Positions 47,185 to 55,865 of a stretch of DNA of 64,000 nucleotides are shown piece after piece. A program made the translations under genes and the position numbers. Each line of letters begins with the position of its first letter. Within the stretch, counting starts at the first letter, position 1. The notes beneath the pieces are model-generated. The model did not search any database. It was given only the letters and a program-made list of their open reading frames with translations, and had not been told where the DNA came from. Source of the stretch: a virus; IMG/VR virus record IMGVR_UViG_3300004369_000008, positions 9,987-73,986 of that record; one strand, written 5' to 3'.

Positions 47185-47217
47185 AGAAAGCCCACCTCAT
47201 CGGTGGGCTTTCTTTTT
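47185..47217 (+). terminator. Rho-independent terminator
   Basis: AGAAAGCCCACC-tcatc-GGTGGGCTTTCT followed by T-run. Confidence 0.8.
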
Positions 47218-47243
47218 GTCCCAAACAAAATTTGCACTTTCGG

Positions 47244-47271
47244 TTTACAGCCAGATTTTGAGTCGTAGAAT
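47244..47271 (+). promoter_or_regulatory. Sigma70-like early promoter
   Basis: TTTACA-N16-TAGAAT. Confidence 0.7.
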
Positions 47272-47338
47272 AGTCCTGAACCGACAGCAAGGGAGTCTTG
47301 TTGTCAGACTCCGAAGCGAACTTGAAAGGAATAAACAA

Positions 47339-48832
47339 GTGCCATTAGAAACCGAAGAACGACCTCGTGGGAATGAGGAGATCACAGTCGAGCGCCGAGG
47401 CGACAGGATCATCATTCCCGAGAACATGGAGTTGGCAGACGCCCAAAGATACCTTCGTGAGAAAGAAGAGGAAGAAGAAACATTCGTCGCCGTGGCGGAA
47501 GACATTCCGGCATTCCCCCTCGATGGAGCGGTGGCGTTCTACAACGTCTTACGCCGTCGTTACGGCTGGACGAATCTGAAGCCCACGCCGGGCATGTTCG
47601 GAAGCAAGAATCCTCCTCAAATGATTGGCGTGGCCATTGGTCACAACGAAACTCAGCAAGTCCCTTGGGGGCGATGTGAAGTCCCCAACATCAGCGGTCA
47701 TTTGGACACGAGCTTCAACTTCAACGAAGTGGGACTGCCAATTTTCCGACTGAATGGACAAGTCAAGCGGAAACACGAGAAAGTTGTGGCTGAGATTGCC
47801 AAGGATGTCCGAAAAGAAGTTGCGAAGAGCAGCATCTACAAAGGCAAGGCCATTCGTATCAACTTTCGTGACGCCGAAGGAGATAAGATCACCGACTTCA
47901 CACCGGCATTCTCTCCCGTGTTCCTCGATATGGAGAAGCACAGCAAGCAGGTTCTCATCTACTCTGAAGCAACACGCAAGGTTGTCCAGACGAATTTGTT
48001 GAACCCTGTGCAGAACACGGAGAAGTGTCGCAAAATCGGCATTCCTCTGCGTCGTGGGGTTCTCCTGTCCGGCAGTTACGGAACAGGAAAGACCCTCACT
48101 GGCTACCAATTGGCCTCCGAGTGCATCCAGAACGACTGGACCTTCATCTATCTGGAAGACGTGCGTGATCTCGACATGGCTCTGAGCTTTGCTCGGATGT
48201 ACATGCCATGCGTTCTCTTCTCAGAAGACGTGGATCGCTGCGTGGCCGGTCCTCGCACGCCTGAGATGGACAAGATTCTCAACACCCTCGACGGCATCAC
48301 GTCGAAGGATACTGAGATCATGGTCGTTCTCACCACAAACCACAAGGACTTCATCAATCCGGCGTTTGTGCGACCGGGGCGAATGGACACAGTGGTTGAA
48401 GTCGGCGCACCAGATGAATCTGCTGTCCTCAAACTGATACGATCCTACGGAACACAAGAACAAGACTGTGTGATCGAAGCCAGCGACAACGAGATTCTGG
48501 AAGCGGTCATTCCGATCAAGGGAGCGAACGCCGCCTTCTTCCGAGAAGTCGTCGAACGAGCCAAACTGAGCGCAATCACGCACAGCGATGGTGAGGTCGT
48601 CACAATTCGTCCAGAAGACTTGAACTCGGCAGCGTTGACGCTCAAGGATCACGTCCGAATGCTTCAACCGGAACTCGGAGAGGCGGCTGAAGAGTATCAG
48701 CAGATCGATCCGATGAAAATGATGATGGACATTGCCACCGACTACTTTGTGTCGGCCTTTGTCCACAAGCTCGCCAACCCCAAGGTCTTGGAGAAGATTC
48801 TCTTCAAGAAGGGCGGCAAGAAGAAGATGTAG
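47339..48832 (+). CDS. AAA+ ATPase (classic AAA clade, chaperone-like)
   Basis: GSYGTGKT, LFSEDVD, LTTN, VRPGRMD; GTG start after AAAGGA. Confidence 0.9.
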   Translation: MPLETEERPRGNEEITVERRGDRIIIPENMELADAQRYLREKEEEEETFVAVAEDIPAFPLDGAVAFYNVLRRRYGWTNLKPTPGMFGSKNPPQMIGVAIGHNETQQVPWGRCEVPNISGHLDTSFNFNEVGLPIFRLNGQVKRKHEKVVAEIAKDVRKEVAKSSIYKGKAIRINFRDAEGDKITDFTPAFSPVFLDMEKHSKQVLIYSEATRKVVQTNLLNPVQNTEKCRKIGIPLRRGVLLSGSYGTGKTLTGYQLASECIQNDWTFIYLEDVRDLDMALSFARMYMPCVLFSEDVDRCVAGPRTPEMDKILNTLDGITSKDTEIMVVLTTNHKDFINPAFVRPGRMDTVVEVGAPDESAVLKLIRSYGTQEQDCVIEASDNEILEAVIPIKGANAAFFREVVERAKLSAITHSDGEVVTIRPEDLNSAALTLKDHVRMLQPELGEAAEEYQQIDPMKMMMDIATDYFVSAFVHKLANPKVLEKILFKKGGKKKM

Positions 48833-48861
48833 GAAAGAACTGACGGTCGGTTCGCTTCGGG

Positions 48862-48896
48862 GAAACCCGGCTCAGAAATGAGCCGGGTTTCTTTTT
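48862..48896 (+). terminator. Rho-independent terminator
   Basis: GAAACCCGGCTCA-gaaa-TGAGCCGGGTTTC followed by T-run. Confidence 0.8.
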
Positions 48897-49193
48897 GCAA
48901 TTTTTGGAATGACCGTATATCTTAGACAGACAACATTTGCATCTATGCCAAGAGCGACTTCGGGCCTTTCTTGAAAACGCCCGAGTCGCTCTTTCCAGAG
49001 AATGATAAGCTTAGATTTTTCGCTCATACTCTTTGCCCTTCACCAATGCCTCTTGTGTTTCGCACATGGGGCATTGTTTATTGGGAGCTTCTTGATTGTC
49101 ACACAAGTCGATCACCAATTTGTGGTGACAACTTTTGCATTCGTGCCAATAAGGTGTTGATTTCATTTTTGTTCCTCGACGAAGAGATCGCAT

Positions 49194-49427
49194 TCATTCC
49201 TCCACCAGCCAACCCAGATGGTTGGCTACAAATTTCGCTGGGGCGACACCCGGCAAGTCTGCCTTTTGAGCCAGTTCAGCCCAAGTCACATGCAGCTTCC
49301 GCTTTGTGCCTTTCCTTCTTAGCTCGACCCCGCTTTGCGTCACTGTCACGACGACAGGGCCTTCTTGATTCACTTCGTCCTTCATCGTCACTTCTCGGAC
49401 GACTGCCTTTGTCAATTTCGTGGCCAT
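49194..49427 (-). CDS. Small hypothetical protein
   Basis: GGAGA RBS; 77 aa. Confidence 0.65.
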   Translation of the reverse strand: MATKLTKAVVREVTMKDEVNQEGPVVVTVTQSGVELRRKGTKRKLHVTWAELAQKADLPGVAPAKFVANHLGWLVEE

Positions 49428-49791
49428 GATTTTTCTCCAAATAACTGGCTGCGTTTCTTAAGAATACAGGATTGTCTCGTAAAAGTCCAATCCCTTTGTT
49501 GCATTTCGTGCAGAGAAGGCCACGAACCAACCCGGTTGCATGGTCATGATCTACTGTGAGACACTGCACTTCGTTCGTCGAGTGATGCTTTACAACTTCT
49601 GGTTGCTTGCAGATGGCACAAACGCCATCTTGCTCATCAAACAACTCGTCATATTGCTCAGGTGTGATTCCGAAGAACTTCTTAAGGTTTTGACGACGAT
49701 TGAACTGACTTCGCTCTTCGTCTGTCATATCCCAATACCAACTCTTCTTGAGGCTTATCTTGTTTACACATACAACACCAAGATAAACCAA
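49276..49791 (-). mobile_element. Endonuclease VII-family (homing-type) nuclease, possibly degenerate
   Basis: QDGVCAIC, VDHDHATGLVRGLLCTKCN; 3' end runs into the next gene. Confidence 0.75.
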
Positions 49792-49799
49792 GTTCCTTC

Positions 49800-50072
49800 C
49801 TAATCCTCGACCTTTCCCTCTGCTCCTTCGTTGGCATGTTCTATGACTTCAACCTTTCCATAACATTCAACCCACACCCTCGCTCCGCAGGGCAACGGCT
49901 CGTCAGGACTGTAGACAACCTTCGCCACCACATTACCCAGAGTATCATAAACTAATGCTTCATGTCCATACCTATTCTCTTTGTAATTTTTACAGGTAAT
50001 GACAGGTTCTCTTTCGCCAGTCTTCATATTACGGCGAATTTTGTGTTGATTTACATGTATGATTGTCTTCAT
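49800..50072 (-). CDS. Small phage hypothetical protein
   Basis: MKTIIHVNQH...PLPCGARVWVE. Confidence 0.75.
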   Translation of the reverse strand: MKTIIHVNQHKIRRNMKTGEREPVITCKNYKENRYGHEALVYDTLGNVVAKVVYSPDEPLPCGARVWVECYGKVEVIEHANEGAEGKVED

Positions 50073-50142
50073 ATCCCTCCTTAGCAATCAAGCTTAGTCA
50101 AAACCAATCCGCTCTTTGTAAAGTGATTGACTGGAGTACGAC

Positions 50143-50685
50143 TCATTGCTCCTCCTTGAACCAGAACTTATCATCTGTTTTTTCAAACAGGTCTTCCAAC
50201 TTAATGATTCTCCAATTTTTGTAACGGATCAAAAAATCAAAACCATGATCTAAGAAGTGTTCTGCTTTGACCATGGCAACCCATGGCTTGCGACTTCTTT
50301 TCCAACAGATGATTGGTTTGCGACCACTCTGGCCCTCGTCATTTTCAGACTGTTCGATGAAGGCGTCCAATCTGGAGATGCCATCAAAGATGCCATTCAG
50401 ATCGATCTCCTTGTCGTACCCGCCTTTACATTCAATTACCCAGAGAAAGTCTTCTGGGGCACAGATATCACCTACCAGAGTCTTCTTCGCATGTTCTGGC
50501 ATGTGATGAACCTGACTCCAGCGATTACCTGAGCCAACAGATCGTGAAAACTCCTTGCCAAAATGTTTAGTGAGAAGCTTGCACAATTCCAATTCGACTC
50601 TATTTCCCTTTTTCTTACCATTGATCTTCTTCTTTACTGTCTTCTCTTCCAAGATGTCTTCGATAAACAGATCATTTTCATCCAT
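50143..50685 (-). CDS. Holliday junction resolvase-like PD-(D/E)xK nuclease
   Basis: KGNRVELE, GDI, VIECK. Confidence 0.75.
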   Translation of the reverse strand: MDENDLFIEDILEEKTVKKKINGKKKGNRVELELCKLLTKHFGKEFSRSVGSGNRWSQVHHMPEHAKKTLVGDICAPEDFLWVIECKGGYDKEIDLNGIFDGISRLDAFIEQSENDEGQSGRKPIICWKRSRKPWVAMVKAEHFLDHGFDFLIRYKNWRIIKLEDLFEKTDDKFWFKEEQ

Positions 50686-50692
50686 GTTGCTC

Positions 50693-52009
50693 CTAGTAGC
50701 TGTTTAGGCTTCTTATCGCCCCCTCCAATTCTTGCTTCACATGTCTGAGAGACTCCAGACCATCTTCATAGTCATTGTCTTTCAGAGAAGCTTCGAGGAA
50801 GGAGTTTCCAAGTTGCGCACCGAAGTCGCTCAAAAGATGATCGATCTCGGTGATAATGTCTTCGTGTTCTGTGCCCTTATATTCTTGACCTTCCCACCCA
50901 TAAAACTCCCTATAATCAGGATCGTCATGTCCATGTCCATGTCCATGTCCACAAGATGCACCTGTGCCATGATAAGGAATTATGTGACCTTGCGGACTAT
51001 GTGTTGGAGGTCTATAGGGCGGCATCCTGTACTTCGTCGAATCGCTCGAAGAAGTTGCTGCTTTATTAGAAGAGTAAATCACTCGATCTTCTTCATCTAA
51101 TTGTGAAATTATCGGCAATTGATGTACCGGCTCTTTGATTTGACAGAAATCACCCTTTTCCCAAACAGAACTTGAGTTACTGATGTCGATGTCAAATTTG
51201 GCGTAGCTATCCTCTCCGTAACCCACGCAAGGGTTATCTTTGTCGATCTTAAAGAACCAGACCTGACCTACAGGAATCTCGATCAAAGAATTCATACTTT
51301 CACAGGCACTCTTGAGTGTGTCAGAAGACGCTACGGCACGATACCAAATCTCAGGTGAGGAAAAGAAGAATATCTGGCCTAGCGTATCTCTTACGTCTGC
51401 AATCCACAGAGGACGGTGCTGGTTCCTAAAAAGGAACAGATATCGTGTGTCTGGATCGACATATTCTCCAAAAGCAACCGCCATCGCTCCTTCGTGAACA
51501 AGAGACCAAATATCTTTCAATCCCTTGAGTCGTGCGGCTGCGCCCGCTTCAATATCCAATTCATCTTCATCTTCTGATCCATGTTCGTACATGCGAAGCA
51601 AAACTTCAGAGTCAGTATCGGATCGAATCTGATACTTCTCTTTTAGAAAGTCTGCTTCACTCACTCTGCCATTGTGGATCATGCCGATACTGTGGTCAGA
51701 CGACACGAACGGGTGGTTATTCTTGTTGTTACTGGCATGGCCCACACCGGGCGAGGTGGCCCGAGCGTGCATGAGCAAAAGATTGGGCTTCAGCTTCTCA
51801 AGCTTCTTCCAGATGTCGAGCTTGATGAAGTTGCTGGAACGACCGGGTTCTTTGTGATAGATAACCCGATTCTTTTTGCCAGCTTCGGTGCCCCAAATTC
51901 CAGCGGCGTCTGTGCCTCTTAACTCTAAATAGTCAAAGAGACAAGACGCCAATTCGTATGTGATTTTTGGCTTTTTGCTCTTACCAATGTATCCTGCAAT
52001 TCCGCAAAT
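50693..52009 (-). CDS. Class II (Ntn) glutamine amidotransferase domain protein
   Basis: CGIAG, RGTDAAG, HARAT, NNHPF, HNG, TDSE. Confidence 0.88.
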   Translation of the reverse strand: MCGIAGYIGKSKKPKITYELASCLFDYLELRGTDAAGIWGTEAGKKNRVIYHKEPGRSSNFIKLDIWKKLEKLKPNLLLMHARATSPGVGHASNNKNNHPFVSSDHSIGMIHNGRVSEADFLKEKYQIRSDTDSEVLLRMYEHGSEDEDELDIEAGAAARLKGLKDIWSLVHEGAMAVAFGEYVDPDTRYLFLFRNQHRPLWIADVRDTLGQIFFFSSPEIWYRAVASSDTLKSACESMNSLIEIPVGQVWFFKIDKDNPCVGYGEDSYAKFDIDISNSSSVWEKGDFCQIKEPVHQLPIISQLDEEDRVIYSSNKAATSSSDSTKYRMPPYRPPTHSPQGHIIPYHGTGASCGHGHGHGHDDPDYREFYGWEGQEYKGTEHEDIITEIDHLLSDFGAQLGNSFLEASLKDNDYEDGLESLRHVKQELEGAIRSLNSY

Positions 52010-52023
52010 GGTACACCTCTCTT

Positions 52024-52335
52024 TCAAAGTTCAATCTTTGTCAATCTATTCTTGATTGAACAGGCTTTTCTTCCAAGATTCAAAGCAAGTTCACGACGTG
52101 TCATCTCGTGATAATTCTCTTTGATAAATTGGTCTTCCTCAAAAGAGAATCGACCTGTTCTGGAACAAAATCAACAAGATGTTGCAAAAGCTTTTGTTTT
52201 CTTTCAAGACAGAAACTTCCATTTTTATACATGTTATCTCTAAAACAAGCAAGCTCTTCTTTTCTTTCTATGATCCATCTGTAATTCTGTCAACTCGAAT
52301 TTCACAACCCAATCCAACACGATTTTTCATCAATA
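52024..52335 (-). pseudogene. Decayed LAGLIDADG-like endonuclease with Myb-like tail
   Basis: Across two frameshifts: ...NYRWII...MYKNGSFCLERK... then FSFEEDQFIKENY.....ELA..LGR. Confidence 0.5.
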
Positions 52336-52392
52336 TATTCACCGAGCAAGGTCATAGATACAGAAGAAATCGTAGTTTTTAAGGGGTAAAGC

Positions 52393-53253
52393 ATGAAGTT
52401 CACTTTTCTTGATTGGGTAGACAGAAAACAACCAGAGGACCAAAGTTGGTCTGACGATGGTTCTGTAGACTTCCTTTCAGAACCAGAACTTGCTTACCAG
52501 AGCGGCGATTACTGGGTCATCACCAATTCCGGCAGGTTTCTCAAGGATATCATTAAGATGCCCAAGAGAGGTACAGATGAAAAACCAGAACTCCTTCGAA
52601 CACATCCTTTGAAGTACAGCCTCTTCCATGTTGATGGAATCGAAGGCCAAACAGTTAAGATGAGTCGTCCAGAGGACAAGTATGCTGCCATCAGAGATCA
52701 GAAAAGGTCATATTCTGGAGGCGCACAAAGACACACTGAGATCGCCAACTTGGTAGATGTGACCGCATCTTTCAGAATGCTTGGAATCGGAAATGCTGGC
52801 GACAATAACAGGTACTTTATTGACAAATCAAAGTCAACAATGAACAGAATGAGGCCGCAAGAATTCCAGAGACGACTAGAAGCTTTCATTACTTTGACCA
52901 AAGGAAAATCTGCCTACAATCCCATTCCTCAAACAAGTGATGAGAGAAGCTTGATCCGAAATCTCAAGAAGCTGGATGATTTGATTCGATCTGGTGTTTT
53001 GAATACCAATGCAAATGCTTTGACAACTCCAGAAGTTGTAGCGATCTTGAATCATCCTAATGCTCAGCCAATGGCACATAAATTTGGACTGACGCATATT
53101 TTGCAGTACATGCAGATGCCTACTCAAGCTGCATCGATTCCCACGCAAACATCGGCTCCGGTTACTCAAGAAAACCGGACTTGGAGAAGTGAACCTCGTC
53201 CTGTTTATCTTAATGAAGGACGAAAGTTCTTCTCATACTATCCAGAGCGTTAG
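52393..53253 (+). CDS. Hypothetical protein (possible head-packaged)
   Basis: N-terminus MKFTFLDWV; CATAGATA upstream. Confidence 0.7.
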   Translation: MKFTFLDWVDRKQPEDQSWSDDGSVDFLSEPELAYQSGDYWVITNSGRFLKDIIKMPKRGTDEKPELLRTHPLKYSLFHVDGIEGQTVKMSRPEDKYAAIRDQKRSYSGGAQRHTEIANLVDVTASFRMLGIGNAGDNNRYFIDKSKSTMNRMRPQEFQRRLEAFITLTKGKSAYNPIPQTSDERSLIRNLKKLDDLIRSGVLNTNANALTTPEVVAILNHPNAQPMAHKFGLTHILQYMQMPTQAASIPTQTSAPVTQENRTWRSEPRPVYLNEGRKFFSYYPER

Positions 53254-53423
53254 AGTCCCAATCGTTTGAGAATATCGTAAATTGCCACTGGAAGTAAAGA
53301 AAGAAGACTGACCACAGCTATGGCCATCCAATGAAGCTTTTCATATCCCTGTTCAATATCTCCAGCAACAAAGACGCTCCACAAAACAAACATGATGATG
53401 TATGTGACGAGATATTTTAGCAT
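53250..53423 (-). CDS. Small two-TM membrane protein (57 aa, below track cutoff)
   Basis: MLKYLVTYIIMFVLWSVFVAG...MAIAVVSLLSLLPVAIY. Confidence 0.55.
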   Translation of the reverse strand: MLKYLVTYIIMFVLWSVFVAGDIEQGYEKLHWMAIAVVSLLSLLPVAIYDILKRLGL

Positions 53424-53942
53424 TTACATTGCGGGTGGCTGCATTGGTGGCTGCATTGGTGGCTGCATTGGTGGCTGCATTGGTGGCTGACCAACCTGAG
53501 CATTTGGATCAGGCTGTGGAGGTTGTTGTGAAGGACCGTCTCCTGTAAGCTCAAAATCAGACTGGTCGATATCTTCGCCACCCATTTGTTCAGGTGGAGC
53601 TTTGAGATTATTAACCTTAACTCCCAGTTGTCCTGAGATGCTTTCAAGTTCTTGAACAGCCGTAGGGAGAATTTGTTTCAAGTCTCCCTTGTATTCAATC
53701 GTTTTCTTGATGGCGACGGCAACACGTTGCAATTTTTGTAAATGCTTCTCAGATTTGCTGCTCCAATGACTGTGCAGTATCTTCCTGATCTGATTGACCA
53801 CGTTGTTGGCCAAGCGATTGAGATGCCTTGATCCCATGTTTTCCATGTCTTGCTGAAGCTCTTGCGCAGCAGTTAAGACATCCCCGACCCGGTTGCCGAG
53901 GTAGTTTTTCTCTTCGTTGATTAGAAAATGTTTGAAGCTCAT
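53424..53942 (-). CDS. Hypothetical protein with QPPM repeat tail
   Basis: MSFKHFLINEE start; 12-bp GGTGGCTGCATT tandem repeat. Confidence 0.75.
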   Translation of the reverse strand: MSFKHFLINEEKNYLGNRVGDVLTAAQELQQDMENMGSRHLNRLANNVVNQIRKILHSHWSSKSEKHLQKLQRVAVAIKKTIEYKGDLKQILPTAVQELESISGQLGVKVNNLKAPPEQMGGEDIDQSDFELTGDGPSQQPPQPDPNAQVGQPPMQPPMQPPMQPPMQPPAM

Positions 53943-55564
53943 GACTCCTTATTTAGACCATTGGCTGCGGCTTTCACCAAACCATCGAAAAGAGGAGCGG
54001 GATTTCCCAAACGGCTCTTAAATTCTGGATGTGCCTGAGTTCCAATGAAAAATGGATGGTCAGACAGTTCCATGACTTCGATTAGGTTGCTTTGAGGGTT
54101 TCGTCCAGAGACTTTGAACCCTTTCTCAGTGAATGCCTCAGAGTATTTGTCGTTTACCTCAAAATGATGTCTATGTCTTTCACTTATGACCTTCTTGCCA
54201 CCATAAATGTCTCTAACCATTGTGCCTTTTTCCAACTGGCAATCATAGGCACCCAATCGCATAGTTCCAGACTTTGCGATCTTCCCAGTTTGACCATCAA
54301 TCATCTCCACGACACAATCATACGATTCATCATCTTCATGAATGAATTCACGGCTCGTGGCCTTGTTGATGTTCAGTACATTGCGAGCGAATTCAATGAC
54401 AGAACACTGTAGTCCCAAGCAAATGCCCAAGAAAGGAATTTTCTTCTCACGACAGTATTGAATGGCCTTGATCTTGCCTTCAACGCCACGCACATCGAAG
54501 CCGCCCGGAACAACAACTCCGTGGACGCCTTCAAAGTGCTTGCCGAAATTTTTGTCAGATTCGACCTCTTCGGCATTGATCCATTCAATCTTAAGTTTGA
54601 CCTCGTTCGCTACAGCAGCATGGACAAGAGCCTCCTTAAGACTAATGTATGCTTCGTCACAATTCTCATATTTACCAACAATCCCAATTTTAACATCAGG
54701 ATAATCGTGGCCGTTGGTGTACTTCTCTACCAATTCTCTGTATTTGTGAATCCTCACGCCCTTGCGAGGCATGTGAAACATGTCAGCCACCAGATCATCG
54801 ATGTGACGGTTGTAGAATTCGATGGGGACTTCGTAAATGGATTCCACGTCAGGCGCATCAAAAACGGCCTCCCGAGAAACGCCAGAAAGCCGTGATACTT
54901 TGTCCAAGATTGAATTGGGAAGCTCCCTATCTGTACGACAGAGAAGAATGTCTGGCTGCAACCCTGTGGACTGCAATGATCGCACAGCGTTTTGTAATGG
55001 CTTAGTTTTGAATTCCTTGACGGTGTTGTTGTAGATGACAGGAGCCACCATAACAACGATCACATCTTGAGGATTACTCTGGCGAAACTGACGGAAAGCC
55101 TCGAAAAAGCTGCCGCTTTCAAAGTCCCCTACTGTACCACCAATTTCAGCAATGACGACATCAGCCGATTTGCCAACATCCAATAGTCGTTGCTGAATCT
55201 TGTTTGTAACGTGAGGAACGACTTGAACTGTATCGCCGAGGTACATCCCTTGTTCCTCTTCTTCAATCAAACTTTTGTAAAGCGTTCCGCTGGTGAAGAT
55301 ATTCACGCCAGACATCGTAACGCCAGTAATACGTTCGTAATGTCCTAAATCGAGATCAGTTTCCGATCCGTCATCACAAAGGAAGACTTCGCCGTGCTGA
55401 CGGGGGTTCATCGTGCCAGCATTGATATTCAAATATGGATCACATTTGATGAGTGTAACATTGATGTTTCTCATCTTCAGCAGCAAGCCAATACTAGCTG
55501 CGCTAATTCCTTTTCCAGTTCCGCTGTAAACCCCACCTACTACAACGATGTATTTTTTTGCCAT
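53939..55564 (-). CDS. pyrG: CTP synthase
   Basis: GGVYSGTGKG, DPYLN, ETDLDLGHYER, KTKP, GICLG, HPEF. Confidence 0.97.
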   Translation of the reverse strand: MAKKYIVVVGGVYSGTGKGISAASIGLLLKMRNINVTLIKCDPYLNINAGTMNPRQHGEVFLCDDGSETDLDLGHYERITGVTMSGVNIFTSGTLYKSLIEEEEQGMYLGDTVQVVPHVTNKIQQRLLDVGKSADVVIAEIGGTVGDFESGSFFEAFRQFRQSNPQDVIVVMVAPVIYNNTVKEFKTKPLQNAVRSLQSTGLQPDILLCRTDRELPNSILDKVSRLSGVSREAVFDAPDVESIYEVPIEFYNRHIDDLVADMFHMPRKGVRIHKYRELVEKYTNGHDYPDVKIGIVGKYENCDEAYISLKEALVHAAVANEVKLKIEWINAEEVESDKNFGKHFEGVHGVVVPGGFDVRGVEGKIKAIQYCREKKIPFLGICLGLQCSVIEFARNVLNINKATSREFIHEDDESYDCVVEMIDGQTGKIAKSGTMRLGAYDCQLEKGTMVRDIYGGKKVISERHRHHFEVNDKYSEAFTEKGFKVSGRNPQSNLIEVMELSDHPFFIGTQAHPEFKSRLGNPAPLFDGLVKAAANGLNKES

Positions 55565-55613
55565 TCGATTCTCTCCTGTTCTGTCATGGTATTTAGTAGT
55601 AGATGAGTAGTTC

Positions 55614-55814
55614 TCATCTTGATGTCACTGATATCTTGATCCCGTGAATAATGGTGATGAGCCATATCACTGCAACCCACGTCTTAAACGTATAAGCAAT
55701 TTCGAGGCCAAAAATTGTATTCAAGCTCCAGATCGTAAAAAATGGTCCAAATACAACCAAAATCAGAGTCAAAATGATGATAAAGAGAACAGCTAAAGCT
55801 TTACCGTTTTCCAT
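55614..55814 (-). CDS. Small membrane protein
   Basis: Two hydrophobic segments; RBS AAGGAGG inside a hairpin. Confidence 0.65.
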   Translation of the reverse strand: MENGKALAVLFIIILTLILVVFGPFFTIWSLNTIFGLEIAYTFKTWVAVIWLITIIHGIKISVTSR

Positions 55815-55865
55815 GAAAATACCCTCCTTGGATTGTTCAAGGAGGGTATCATTTTTCACAGAACT

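Noticed and set aside
53434-53489. 12-bp tandem repeat as a regulatory or CRISPR-like array
   Set aside because: No spacers; it simply encodes (QPPM)n.
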